Made by a program: the position numbers and the translations under genes. The notes beneath the pieces were generated by a model. That model saw only the letters and a program-made list of their open reading frames with translations, ran no database searches and was not told the DNA's origin. 64,000 bases of DNA from Marsupella aquatica (Eukaryota > Plantae > Marchantiophyta), in contig OZ316891.1 of the NCBI GenBank assembly GCA_973895155.1, forward strand, positions 20,162,169 through 20,226,168, read 5' to 3'. Shown here one piece after another: positions 40,001 to 53,663 of this stretch (position 1 is its first letter; every line of letters starts with the position of its first letter).

Positions 40001-42848
40001 TAAAAGGAATATTTTGATCAAGATTCTCCAGGATGACAATGCATGCATCACCAATAACCATCATTTGTTTGGTTCTTAGTGGCGTTCACATGGATGCATG
40101 GTTTAGTCCAGCGCATTTGGAAAAGCTCAATGAGCAACCACCAAATAACATGGAAGGTAGCTTATGTGTGATGTCCCAAGAAAAATAATTAGCGACAACT
40201 AGTTCAATTGTTTTAAAAAATAATGTAATAAAGTCTGCCAAATGACGATGCTCTTTTCTTCAATTTTAATACACTGCTTCACTTTCATTAATGTGGGTAG
40301 CTATTTTTGTTTGAACTATGATTTCCCATTCCATAATTTTTTCTTCAAAGATGGAAGTCTGTCTTTTTCAGATCTCTCCACATGAATCAAGCCATCATTA
40401 TGGTTTAAACTATTTTTTGTGTGATTCTTATTCTAAACAAGGGGACCCGTAAGATTTTCCCACATTATAGAATTGAATTTTTGATTTCATTACCAGGCAT
40501 GCATTGTCCATGCTAACTATACTGGTCACAAATTAATATCTTAATAAAACAAAGTTTCTTGAAGTTGTTAATTGGTCTAACAATTTCCTAGTATGATTGC
40601 ATGGGCTGCTGTCTGGCCCCCAGTGGATTCCAGTAGCAGCACCATGAGCTTCCGGTCAACCTGATCACCGTACTATAGGTAGCATTGCCAATGGAGTAAA
40701 GGGCCAAAAGTGATGGACCCAATTAACTAGGTCCGGGTGGGGGCTAGAAATAGGGGGACCAAAGTTGGTCTGGGCCGGGAAATACATATGTGAACTAAGG
40801 AAGTATATGTCCTAGAACCCTCACCAAACCATCAGAGTACCCTGATCAGTTGGGATCCGTCATTTCTCCCTCCATGCCAATGACTAGCACTAGGCATTGT
40901 GACATTCAATAAGAGTGGGAGAGGTTGGTTGGCTTCCAATCTGAGCTGCATCCTGGTGGGGTAGTCCTGGCGTGTCATTTCCATGGCACCTTGTTGTCAT
41001 CCGGGGACAACCGATAGCTTGAGAGCCACGGGTGATCAAGGAACTAGCTAGTGGTTCCATTAAGAAGTGGGCAACCAGAAAAGAAAGTCAGTAGCTGGAC
41101 CCTGACTTGGGTTTGGGGCCCTATAGTGCGCTAATATTGTAGCCAACTCCCTTGTATGAAAAGTTGCAGGAGCATATTAATCCTTAGACTAGCTGAAACA
41201 TTATTGAAGGAATATCAGGAATATGAGGTACCCTAGGTGTTTACAAGCACTAATTAATAGTACGGTATTGCTTGGAATGAACGATAGCTTACCCATGCAG
41301 AAAAGCAATATTGTACACTGCTATCCCCCAAAATATTCACTTTTGACTTTGACATTTTGGTCATTACTTTATTTTAGTTTAATTTGCTTTAACCTTTGCA
41401 ACTTGCATTGCCAACAGGTTATGGACGGGTTGTTTTGGAAAGAGTGTTGATATTCTCGCCACCATTAGAAGGAGGAAAAAATAAGCGACCGTCACGGTTA
41501 CTAGTAAAATCAGGTGCAGACCATGGAGCCATTCTCAAGCATGGGGAGAAACATGTGCTGCTGATACATATTCTATCTGATGCAGAGGCTCTTCATGTCA
41601 CAATGGTAAAACAATAACGTAGGGAAAATTTGGCACTCCAAACAATTCTAATAAATTATTACTCAAATGCCTCTAATTGTGTTCATGACCAAGTCACACT
41701 TGTACCCAGGTCAAATATGTTTTTACAAATTACATGCTCTCTCTAGAGACTCATGAGATTGGATAAACGTAACAAGTATTATGCATAAGTGCTGCCCTTA
41801 ATTGCAAGTGACCTGGTTTCAAACTGGGATAGGTATGGATGGATCCACCAGCAACACCTGGTAGCTCAAATCCCATGATCAATGATTTGGACCTAGTGAT
41901 AGGACGGAACCAAATGCCATACTTTCCCAATGGAAAGAGTTCCAAGGACTCGACCAATAATGTGGAGGCTGTTTCTGGTGAGTTGATTGAAGACGTAGAC
42001 AAGTTTATTCATGCATAGGTTCTTCTAATTAATCAAATGGTTCATCTGGAATAAGAAGTCTCTTTACTTGGCCATCAAAGAAAAATGCACAATTCCCATC
42101 CTGCAGACATTGAGCAAGAGTGGAAATAACTTAGGAATACCCTCTAGTGAAAATCTAAGTTCAAGGTTAGGTCCATTGCTTCGTAGTTTAAGTAGGAACA
42201 CTCCACGAAGTTGGATATAGTTTACAGGGCCAACTTGAAGGAACGTCATGCAATACATATCATTGCTGCAAACATTTTTATCATAGAGCAGTTTAAAGCG
42301 AACAGTTGAGGAAGTGGGACATTTTTTACTGGGCCAACTGAAGGAACCTCTTGCAACACATGCACATGTCATTGGTGCACACCTTTTATCATAGAGTAAA
42401 GCACACGTACTAATTTCATCCCCACAATATATAGAGTGCTGCCTTTAGCTAGTGAGTAGGGTAACTTAAAATGTGACCATCTAATTGTTAGCAGCATATA
42501 TTTAAATGTTGTCCAATGTGCAAAGCATTCCTACATAGATAGAATGGACATATGAGTATTGCCTATGATTGATGCATCCTGAATTTGTTTCTTATTAGTG
42601 TTGATTTGGCTGCAGTGATGAAGCCTATCCGTGGAACATGGATAGTAGAGGTGAAAGGTTCAACAGTTGTGAGCAAGAAGCAACCATATGCTCTTGTCAT
42701 TACAGGACATTTTGTAGTGCTTGATGATCAAGTAGTTAGTAGTGACCACAAGAGACACTCTTCTCCACTCCTTTACTTTATGGGATTCTTCTTTCATCCT
42801 TTCCTTTTGGTAATTCTGACAAGCTGGTTACTACAGTCACTATTGTGA
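34084..42848 (+). CDS. Secreted S8 subtilisin-like serine protease, KP-43/TagC-like subfamily, with C-terminal beta domain and hydrophobic tail
   Basis: 14 exons in frame: 34084-35355, 35621-35758, 36133-36340, 36682-36798, 37073-37130, 37827-37923, 38373-38521, 38835-38907, 39450-39531, 39736-39802, 40080-40156, 41418-41606, 41833-41977, 42616-42848. Triad ADTGID / HGTHVAGS / GTSCATP, oxyanion FAAGNSG, GPTTDGRTKPD, PTGALLKAILIH, EGYGRV, VWMDPPA..INDLDL, DSTNNVE, QPYALVITG. N-terminal signal-like stretch. Confidence 0.88.
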
Positions 42849-43327
42849 CAAATTTATTCTGTAAATTAATGCTCCACGATGTTCATTTTGCAATATCTTA
42901 AAAATGACTTATTCTAACATTTTATTTGATTATTGTTTTTTTGGACTTCATACATGCATTCATGCGACTGCACTAAAGGTGTGGACTTACATGCCACAAT
43001 ACATGTGACAAGTTTGTTTCTTATGAACTTGGAGTCAGTCCTTGTGGGGCTGTTGGTTGATAAGCTAGCTGTGATGGCTTGAGGTGTTTCTCTATCTTCT
43101 CTTACCAGGCTCCAAGTTTGAACCATTATAAGTGGAACTCTTTTGGACTCATGAATCCTAGTAGAGGTGTTGAGAGGGGGAACTACTTGAGCCTGAAGAC
43201 TTAGTAGCATTCCAAGTTTGAACTCCTTGAGTCATTGCCAATGCGTAATCTACCTGAAAACAATATATCATCTTTCCTAAGTCTCCAATGAGACTGGTAG
43301 TTTTACAAACACCAATGTAACAGGAAG

Positions 43328-43555
43328 GCCACTCTTCTTCCTCATGAAGTTCACAAATCCTGATCCACTACCTATCTTTGTAGGATGTGCCTCAAGAATG
43401 TCCTCCAAAATAAAAGATACTCTTTTGGTGCCACATATGGGGCCACTCTTCTTCCTCACAAAGTTCACAAATCCTGACCGAGACCTATCTTTGTAGGAAG
43501 TGCCTCAAGGATGTCCTCCAAAACAAAATACTCTTTTGATGTCACATATGGGCCA
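43328..43555. repeat. About 113-bp tandem duplication
   Basis: ggccactcttcttcctca..aagttcacaaatcctga...ctatctttgtagga.gtgcctcaag.atgtcctccaaaa...tactcttttg.tg.cacatatggg twice. Confidence 0.9.
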
Positions 43556-45570
43556 CAAAACCGTCTGTCTCTCCATCTTGGAACTTCGGAATTCCATGGG
43601 GAAGAAGGCCAACTTATCCCTGAGTTTCTAGTTTTAGTTTGGAGTGTCTTTATCCAGCGCCATGTTTTTTTTTGGGGGGGTGGGGGGGTTAAGGCAATCT
43701 AAAGCCCTCTTACAAGGGCATTGGCCCAACAAGGAGCACCTCATCCAAACCCCACCCCGGTGAGAGGGCTACACCAACACTTTCTTTGATGGGTAAGTAT
43801 GTGGTGCCCTTCACTGGAATCATTGTCAGAGTAGGTGAACAGAGACGAAAGTTGAGGAAGTGATGTCAAGTAGAAACTTCTGCAATTTGGCAAGGCCGAT
43901 TACCCCAACCATATCACACGTAGCATGCTTGATGCTGGAATGTATCAACCAAGTTACTTGCCCTTTCTCTTTAAATGTCTCCAAGCCTAAGCCTAAACTC
44001 ATACCTTTTATGTTGAAAGCCGTGAGGATTTATCCGTTTAATCCGAGTTGAAAGTTTCTTTCCGTAGATCAACTTGACCACGTGCCATGGAAAGGTGGGG
44101 TTATCCGCTGAAAGCAGATCAATCTCCCCAGGTGAGTAATTGTCTAGGGTCATTTCTCCAAGTTAGGAAGAATTTGGAATCTTCCTGGCTTGTTTGTCAA
44201 CTCTGTAGCTTATATTGTGTGTGACTCTGTACATTATATTGTTCTGTGACGACTATTTGTGCCATACACCAAGCTGCATACCCCCGATGAAAACCAGTGA
44301 TTGAAATGCAAAGAGAAATGAAAGCATCATGATGCGCCGTTCTCAGCTTGTGGCGAGGTGAATGGTGAGTCTTTCTGGAGCCCCTTCATGTGCAAACCTA
44401 CATTTAAAGAACTCCAGGTCAAGAATCCTAGATGGTCTGATGAGGAACTTCCACAGGAGCTCCTTCCAAAAATGAGGAGTCCAAGAAGTCGAAGGACCCC
44501 ATCATTCAGAGCATCTGACACAAAAAAGAATTGCAAACAAGAATTGAGAATTTTTGCAAACATCATAGAGCACATCGATTTCACTGGGCAAACCCCTTCA
44601 ACTGGAAGTAGAGTATGATCCAATTTCCTAGTTTCTTGAACTTAATTTCAAGTGACTTCCTGAATTTTAGTTCTCATCATTCCTCCTAAGAGCCCCGCGT
44701 TTCATTGCCGGGGACTTTTCAGACGTAAAAGTCTCTGTAACACAAACAACACGCACCCCAGAGTATACATCTACTAAAGATCTCAGCAAACAATCACATT
44801 AGAATGTAAACCCCGATACAGCAGCAAAGTGCCGTGGCTGAGATGAGTCGATTATATACTGCCATGCCCACCATCAACTTTCTTCAAATTTACCTTCCAA
44901 ACATGCCCATTGAGGTGGGGTGAGTGCTAACATCAACAAACAGCCTTCGACAGCAGGCTCTACGCCATGACTCCTGCATTCAATGCAAGTTCAATTTTAA
45001 CAGATGGGCAAGTGAAACCTTTTACAGACTACATAAACTGCAAACATCTCGGAGCTAGCAATGCCTTGCAGCTCCACTGAAGTCTGTTTCGTGAGTGAGA
45101 GTCGTCTCCTGTTACTAGACTCCAGCACACAGAGAACACGGCACAATTCATCAGCCCCCCAAATCAGTAAAGAGGCAACGAGTGACAAGCTATACAACCA
45201 TAAATGTTCAGATGCCAGGTTTGCGCAGAAAGAAAGGCAAGGACCATCCCGCAATGAATGTACCAACTTGGGGTGATGTAGCCAAAACAGTACTCATAAT
45301 CATCAGCGTCAATCATTCCTCATCCGATTGGAAATCTACAGACAGATAAGAGTAGAACAACAAGAAAATGAGAACACAGCTTAATACCGAGAAGAAATCT
45401 CTGCTCACCGAAATCCAAGGTTTGATGTACATTCCAGTCCTACTAACCTAAAAGCTGTTCTAAAGTCTGCGCCACCGACTTCGAGAAATCTGAATAACAG
45501 AAGCGCTACTGTAGGCTTCTTGCGGTGCACTGCCAGATGATGGTAGAAATCTTTGAACCTGTAAAACTCT

Positions 45571-47943
45571 CTAAGCTCTGTGATCTGGAGATCTCTCCCT
45601 CCGCCTGCTGTGGTGCCGAGTCGGAGACCTAGATCCTGTCATCACAGGTGATCGCGACCGAGAGCGCCAGCGCTCCCGATCTAGTCGATCTTTGACTCGT
45701 TCTCCATCTCGGTAGTGGTCTCTATCTTTTAACTCTCTGTCTCGATCTCTATCCCTCCCTGTCCGGCCTCTATCTTCACGATATCGATTTCGATCTCTGT
45801 ATTTGTCATTTCTCTGGTCTCGTTCTCGTTCTCTCTCCTTGTCCTTATCACCCCTCTCTCGGTCTTTTTGGCGGTCACGTTCCCTCTCTTTCTCCTGTGC
45901 ATTCTCTTTCAACTTCTCTATTTCTTTCTCTTTCTCCCTCTGTTTTCTCTTCTCTTCAAGCTCTTTCTCTCGGAAAATTCTGTCCTCTTCTCTTGCTTTA
46001 TCTTTCCTTTCCTGCAAGCAAACACCAGGGTACAGTCGTTCAGTGATCAACTTATATACAAGACCACTATGCAAGAGTAACACTCGAAGAGAGTAAAAGA
46101 CTCCACAGTCCATACCTTGTACTCTACAAGATAATCACGGACCATCCCAAAACCAACATGTTGTTTCCCAGTCATATGTGACTGCGTTCGTTCTGTTGCA
46201 TCATTTGCAACCAGAAAAGACCCACAAATCTCACAGAGAGCCATTTTTTTCTCTTGGGATAGAATTAACCCTCGCTCACTGGATGCTTGCTGCATGACTA
46301 CAGACTTTTCAGCGTTGAGCAGATCCACCTGGGTATCAAAACAAAAATTGCGTAAGAGTCATAACCGAGAATGTCAACCTTTAGTATACCCCACAGACAG
46401 TTCTTATCCATATCCATCTCCACTGATGTCCACTGAATATTACCTTCTTCATCAGGGCCTGTGCTTCATCGACTTTCCCCTCTTCACCGAGATTTTCACT
46501 TTGCTCTAATAACTTCTTAATCTTTTCTTCAATTGTACCCAGTTGTTCTGCTTTCTCTGTGGACATTGGAACCAAGGAAGCAAGGTCGACATCTTGGGCC
46601 AGACGGTCCCGACCTCGCCTCACCTTGCGGTCCAAATCTTGCACCTGTAAGCCGATCAGCACTTGAGCCTTTTATAGATTTCAGTCAATTAAAGCAGAGC
46701 TTCGCAAAAACCGTAATCCAGATCCTATATCCTTCCAACTGCGGCTAAACTGATGAACATCGCTGACTCACCAACTTCTCACAGAACTGAGACAATTCTG
46801 CTTCAAATCTTGGCACATACAAGTCATGTCGAGATGACTGCTCGTAACTGATACCAAAAAAGACAGGGCGTAGAGTAGAGTCAATTAGAATTACAACAAA
46901 AGACCACGTCCAATGTTATCAGTAGTCTGATAGCATGCTGATCTAGACTGTCGATTCACGCCGACGCAAACTATAATGAATCATCATAGCAAACAATCGC
47001 TTGATACTTTAACTTCAACACAACAAAGTTGGACCCGTCACTTGGAAAAAGACAGGTAGTTTCTATTCTACACATCACTGGGAGATGTATCACCCTTGTC
47101 AGGTTGTACATCAGCGGGACATGCGGCCTTCAGCACTGAAAGTAGTTAGTCACCTTTCCTTAAGTTTTGCATCATGGATTTTGGGACATGGCCCTGCCAA
47201 AGCAAGAGGACTCGTTAGAGTGGACATTATTATGGCAGCAATGTCCCCAAAGCATGCAGAAAGCTCGTGCTGGGAGTGAAAGCAAAGACCATGGTGAACA
47301 AGAAATTCAAGCTCAGCGAAAAACGCTAAAGACAGAAGTTAGGAGGAGCATACCAAGGTCGCTTTTAGTATTGACGAATAGATCATGAGGGCAGAACCGA
47401 ACGAGGAAGCAGCCGCAAACCTCCTTGTCATCCCAACGAACCTCCCTGTGAGCCTTCTTTTCCTCTGCTGTCAAGTTTCGGGCTGCGTAGACAATAGTGA
47501 TCAGGGTTTAGGGTCCTCTAGCCCACTCAGTCTAATAGTAAGTAGACATTCAGATAGCAAGAGAAAACCGTGACTATTGACAAGTAAACTGGCCCACCGA
47601 GATCGTATATTGATGTCAGATAACGACATTTATGTAAGTATGATTCAAACTTCAGAATACAGCTTCATTTTGAGTCATTTGCAACCTCCATACATTTCGG
47701 TCCTTACGTTACTTGACAATGGTGACCTCAGCTAAGAGGGATGCCGTACTTTTCCTCATTTTCCCTCCTCAACACACATTCCTTTCAGCATCAGCACTGC
47801 CCGAAAATCAAGTCCAAAGCGCTACAGCAATAACATACTCTTATCTGCGCTTGCTTTTGACATGGAATTGTTTCTTGATAAGGTAAGGGAGGGATACCGG
47901 TGCCCATGAGCTCATCCAGCAGAGCACGTTGAGCCTCCACCAT
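45571..47943 (-). CDS. LUC7: U1 snRNP-associated LUC7-like splicing factor
   Basis: Starts MVEAQRALLDELMGT (ATG 47943). FCPHNNVHSNESSCFGRAM is not the frame used; the read frame gives C...FCxHxLFxNxxSxLGPCPKIHD-type ZnF1, then ZnF2 LCEICGSFLVANDATERTQSHMTGKQHVGF and an RE/RD/RS-rich tail. About 7 exons (approx. 47898-47943, 47420-47484, 47152-47275, 46772-46847, 46443-46644, 46116-46328, 45571-46011). Confidence 0.92.
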
Positions 47944-48684
47944 TTCGTCTCTAACTTTTTATCTACTTTGCTGACTCGCTCCTCCCGAGCCCTAATCTTT
48001 TCTCCTTCCGAATGCTTCCCTTCTACGGAGGTTTGCTCACAGCTGCCTTCCACTCGATGTAAGGCCTGCGAAGTCCACGATTCAACAACTATGACATGAC
48101 ATGCCATTTGCTGTAGCCGACGATCAGAAGAAGCAAATCTGGAATGCCCAGAACTTCCAAACGATACAACAACTTGATGTTGACCTAATTAAGAGCACTT
48201 CATCTTATGACCGAAAACATTATCCTCGGAATGTCTCCACACCTGGCACAAACTTTCATCGCAGAAGACCAATCTAGGAGGCCCGCGGCAGTACAACTAA
48301 CAGCTCTAAGACTGCACAATTATTCTCCTTGAGTATATCTACCAGGGCCAAAAACAACACTCGAACGCGTAGGTGACTCTCCCATGTCACCGAAGGGTCA
48401 CTGGCTCAACAGAACTATACAAAACTCGACGAATAGCACAGCTGCGATGGAGACAGACCTATTTATCGCTCGCACACAATCCTCAATCATGCTGACGAAC
48501 TTAAACTCAACAACAGGTACCAACCTTCTCAATCACTCATCTGACGCACACCTTGCAGGCGGCGTCAGCATAATCCTGCTTTCGGTCGCATCATTTCGAC
48601 CATTCCCATCCCCTCTCCGCATACAAACGGGCAGGCCAGTAACTCCCTCCTTGAAACGCCCGCGTCCGAGACCGAGAGCACGGC

Positions 48685-48725
48685 AGAAGAAGAAGAAGAA
48701 GAAGAAGAAGAAGACGAAGAAGAAG
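48685..48725. repeat. (GAA)n/(TTC)n microsatellite in the LUC7 5' region
   Basis: About 13 near-perfect gaa units. Confidence 0.9.
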
Positions 48726-49494
48726 CTCCTACTTGATGAGATTATTCTCCTTCGCCGCGCTCCCGCTCCTCATCCTCCTCCCCCTCCTCCTCCTGCGTCT
48801 TCAAACGCCTTCTTCATTTCCCCCAAGCAATCCACTGCATCCTGCCATATCCTCCCGACACCATCTTCCTTGCTTTCACACCCGCCCCATTCCTTCCTCC
48901 CGTGCTGCCCTCCTCAGGACTTCAATATTGGAAGAGTGGATGACGGTCCAATACACTCCACGCCTCAACTTCACCTTCACCGAGGCCGGTCGAACCGACT
49001 CCAGCACTAAAAAATCTCAATTCCTCACTCCCCCCTCCCTCGTTTCTTTCAAATTCGTCGTCCGTTCCCTTCACCACCGAATCATTCAGTTGGCACGCGA
49101 AAATGTGACCACATCAGAAGCGTAAACCCTCCCTGTCCCTTCCCTTCTTGTTTCCAAATTTTGTCGTCCGTTCACCACCAAATCATTCAGTTCGAACGCT
49201 GAAAGTGTGGTGTCAAACCCCTCGTCCTCCCTGAAATCACAGAGAGCGGGAAGAAAGCCCGGCACACTAAAAGAATCCTCTCAATTGACAAAAATAGTGC
49301 AATATCTGTCGTTCTTTCTGCAAGGACCTTCGTTCCCTCCTTGATCGATACGCCACTCTCTCAACACAAAAATAATTTGCCCTCGCCTTTGCCTCTCGCC
49401 CAGTCGCGTCCTCATTCGCTCCTCCTCCCCCTCTCCTCCGCCTCTGCCCTCTCCTCCCCTCCCCTCTTCGCGGACGAAGACGGCGGGACACGAT

Positions 49495-49685
49495 TGCAAA
49501 CGAGGCAAATGAGGCAAAAGACAACCAAATGAAGCAAACGAAGCAAATGAGGCAAATGAGGCAAACGAGGCAAAAATGAGGCAAATGAGGCACAAGACAA
49601 CCAAATGAAGCAAACGAGGCCAAAAAGGCAAATGAGGCAAAAGACAAGCTAATGAAGCAAAAGAGGCCAAAGAAAAGCAAAAGAG
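49495..49685. repeat. 9-bp minisatellite GA(G/A)GCAAA(T/C) with interspersed GACAACCAAAT
   Basis: About 15 units. This explains the ASFASFASF low-complexity ORFs. Confidence 0.85.
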
Positions 49686-52451
49686 GAAGGAATGTGTATA
49701 AATTTGTTTTTTCTCTGAACAAAGATATGAATTTTTTCAGCCAAAAGGACTGGGGATACTAGAAACCCTGCCAATTGCCGGAGTGAAACTGCTAGCCGTG
49801 ACCCTATAGGCATGTAGTTACAATTATAGAGATACTAGTGAGCAAAAAGGTAAATTGAAGGGCCATTTCTTCAGTTTGTCTCCAAAAAAGACTACTCTTG
49901 GGCTTCTCACGTGGAAATTTAATCTCTAATTTACTTTTATATAAAAGCTGATATTATTAGAAGCTACTACCTCGCTGGGGTGGTGGACTGCCAAAAATTG
50001 TACAACATTGTGCTATCAAAATAGGTTTGTTTTGTGACATTAGCTAAATTTTTGAAAAGCTAAGAATGTCAAAATGTTTCCATCATGTTCACTGGACACA
50101 CGCACCTCAGACACGAGTAAACCTGTTGGTCCAGAGCTTTTTAAACTTCGTGTTGCTCTGCTTTGATTTGATAACTGAACATTGTAGTTTTGTGCAGAGC
50201 TTTTTGAAAAGGGAAAATAAGTCTCAAATTGTAGTACATAGAAGATGCATTACAATAAGAGGCAAGTAGGAAACAACCTAGTAAGAAAAAACAAGCGATC
50301 CTCTAGACAAGTGCACCCGGGCCTGGTGCGATTGCAGCTGTTCGACTCAGAAAGTTAATGCTCTTTTGGACTCCTGTGATTACCTTGGTGGCCAAAGAAT
50401 TCTATCAAAGTCTCCAAAGTAATTCTGTAAAACTTCTGCAACTAAGAATTGTATGCTCGATAGCGCTTCTTATCCATTGGTCCACAACAAAGGAGCATTA
50501 TAATTGCAGACTAAGACCGAGCCTACGCACTATTACTTGTGCAGGCCCAGCTTATGTGAGTACCACCATCCAAATTGAAAAAATCCCATGTCTTCATCTC
50601 AGAAAAGCTTCCATCTTTGACTCTTCGATCTGAACAGGATAAGCAAGAAGTGACGGGCATGACAAAGAATCAGGCACCTGATCAGGCAGCTCCGTGACAC
50701 GTAGCCACAATTGCTTATGACATCTCCTGCTCCAACCGCTTGTCACAAAATGAGACACAACGATCTGAATGATGAGGCTGCCAATGTTTCAAATGCACAT
50801 CCTGTCTTCAGGAAATCCTTCATGGCAAGCCCTCGTTGATCCTCCTGTGGACTTGCAAGAGAAATCCCGTATCCATCACAAATCCATCTATTTGCTTGGT
50901 ATGGATGCCAAAATTTGTTGGCTTCAACACATCCTACTATACAACCAAACAAAATCTAGAAGACAAAGAAGCAATTTTGCAGAGCTTGTTCAATTCCCTG
51001 GGCCCTCACTCCATGTAAAAGAAGTGGACCCCCCTGTGATCGGGCCCTTTTCATGTTTACCCCTTGTTTCCATTTTACCATTAAAAGTTCCCTTATTACC
51101 GGTAATAATTATAATTATTAATTCAAAATGAATAAAAACTACCCTTTGAGCGTTCGCACATCCTCCACGTATTAGTTAAGACTGATGGCCCAAGGGTTCA
51201 ATTCTCCATATCTCTTGGATGGCTGATCATCGGTTGAAAGAGACAATGGTCTTGTTCTCAAAGGCTCCTCATTGCATTTGGAGTGTCACTGAGATGACTA
51301 CTCACTGATCCCAACCTAAAGGCCATTATCGAACCACGTGATGCTAAGGGAGGAGGGAGGAGGGTCCTTAGCTTCTTTTGTTCCGGCGGTTTTGTTATTT
51401 GGGCAGTTACAGGAATACGGTTACTTTTAATGTTGAACACTATTTATTTTTATAAAAAGAAATTTATAAATGTAAGTAAAGGGTTTATGGGTGAATGTTT
51501 TTAATCCTGTCCTTTGTATCAATAGGTTTGGATGAATTACTTTTAAGTATTCTTACATTATGTTTTGACGGCACGGCGTCCATAAAATTACACAAAAATT
51601 GACGTAAACAAGATGGAGAGGAGGTTATTCAATGTGCAAACATGACGCATCTTGTTTCATGCGGATGTTGCTGATGTGGCATGCTGTGGAGTCTCAAATT
51701 TTGGAAGGGACCTCTAGTGGGGTCCGTAAAGACATACAAAGAAAATGGCAAGGGAGATGTACAACATGCTAGCAAATAGCAAAATGCGTCAAACCTTGGA
51801 CACTCTATGCTTCCAAAAGGTAGGAGACACCATATATTTTATATGCAATTTTTTGACTAACCTGTCTCTTAAATTATCCAATATTACTAATGTGCCCCCC
51901 CCCCCCCCAAACAAAATTAATTATCAACTTGCTTCTCATTTTCTATTTGGATTATTTAGTATTAATTTGCATACGGGTTCCCCTTGCCATGTGGCAAGTC
52001 ACTCATGGCTAGCCTTAACCTGCCACGACCCCCTTTTTCCTTCCCTGCTGCATTTTCTTGAGTAAATTGAGGGTCGCAAGTGTCAGGTTTTTGTAAGGGG
52101 AATGTCTAGCAAAAATGCTGTATTTCTGTCCCTCCCGGACCTGCGACTGTGCCCTGCAATGGGGAAGGGGGGTCAAGGGGAGTGGGAGTCGGTTAAGGCT
52201 AGCTGAACTGATCAAAGCAACTAAAAGCCTGAGAAGGCTAGGGAGACAAAACAAAGGGCCTAGCAAACCAGTTGGTTCCCATTTTTTGCTGGTTTTTTGG
52301 GGGCAACTGCTGTGGGGAATTGGGTTGTGGTGGGAAATTGGGTTTACCTGGCCTGCAACATTCTGGTCACTCTAAACTTTTGTGGAAACAGCTGGTTATC
52401 GGGGAGAAAACAAGTAGAAAAACTGAGGAACTGCAAAGAGCCAAAATGCAC

Positions 52452-52880
52452 CTCTATCTTCCCTCGAACACAGCGCCCGGGCGTTGTGTTCGAAAATGGA
52501 TTTTTTTAGCTCTCTGTATTAAAAAAATTATCTTTTCTTCAAACACAACGTCGTTTTAACACAGCACCCAGGTGTTGTGCTCGAATATTGGCGTTGTGTT
52601 TGAGTCGGACACTTTGTTCGAGATGTGACCTAAACTATTCTATATTGAGCACAAATAGTAAAAAATTCAAGAAGCATATGCCAATGTCAATATTAGAACA
52701 CAACGTCAATATTCGAAACAACGCTCATTTTCAAACACAACGCCCTGCAAGTACAAAAACTGAAAAAAACTAGTCAAAACTTGAATACAACGCCCTGGGT
52801 GCACTATTCGAATAGAGAGCCCCATGGTCCACTATTCAAATACCAGGCCATGGCGTTGTGTTTGGGGGAAGATGGTAGAG
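52452..52880. mobile_element. MITE with TIRs and internal inverted AACACAACG/CGTTGTGTT motifs
   Basis: Left end atcttccctcgaacacagcgcc vs reverse complement of right end atcttcccccaaacacaacgcc. The motif recurs about 10 times in both orientations. Confidence 0.65.
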
Positions 52881-52943
52881 TCCCCAATTGGCTAGATCCC
52901 ACATCTCTTTAAGCCTTGATGCAAAGATTCTCTGGGTTTTCTG

Positions 52944-53229
52944 CTCGGGGGTTGACTATCAAAAATCTTAGGAACCTCGTGCGATCCGAAATATGTATTT
53001 TTGGCAGATTTTAACTAAAGTTTTTAAAAGCGTAGGAGGCAAAAGAAGGTATTATAAACTCATGTTTATAGAATATTCTTTAATATATACCCTTTATAAA
53101 GTAAAATAGGTTATTAATATTGAAAACAAAGAATATTCTTGGAATATATTTTTTATAAAATAGGTCTATTTATATTAGGCTAGGATCGCACGTAGTACCC
53201 CAAAATATACACTTAGTTAACCCCCCGAG
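52944..53229. mobile_element. MITE copy 1 (TIR CTCGGGGG(G)TT(G/A)ACTA, 8-bp TSD GTTTTCTG)
   Basis: TIRs at both ends. GTTTTCTG at 52936-52943 and 53230-53237. Near-identical to the copy at 54633. Confidence 0.92.
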
Positions 53230-53663
53230 GTTTTCTGTACCCCATTTGCCAGTTTTCACCTAGCCACAGATCTCAATAGCCAGAATTTTACACATACTTA
53301 ATTCTAGGGAGATTTGACCATTATAAAATAATCTATGAAAATATATAGGACTATTCTTAGCAGTTTCTCTTTCACACAAGGTGACATCAACCCATTGACC
53401 AAAGTAAAAACCTTAAAATGGAATATACACACTTTTTATATACAAAGGGACCAATCAGAGTACAAATGAACAAACAAAAGAGGGCCCAAGTGGACAAAAC
53501 CAATCAAAAAAGAAGTGAGCAAAAGGGAACCACTAAACACCAAGAAAGAGGAACTAAAAGTAAGAAATGAGCAATAGGGAATCCCTAAAAACCAAGAAAG
53601 AGAGACTAAAACTAACCCAAGCGGACCGAGGTCCTCATCATTCCTAGCAAATGTGGCAAAAAG

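Noticed and set aside
40680-40890. Possible hAT-like MITE in a subtilase intron
   Set aside because: TIR match is imperfect and the TSD is unconvincing.
43790-44620. Possible small spliced gene on + (exon-like 44069-44130 and 44347-44618)
   Set aside because: No start or homology evidence; the splice-like sites may be chance.
48384-49722. ORFs of 129-208 aa upstream of LUC7
   Set aside because: They are produced by GAA/CCT microsatellites and the 9-bp minisatellite and have no domain content.
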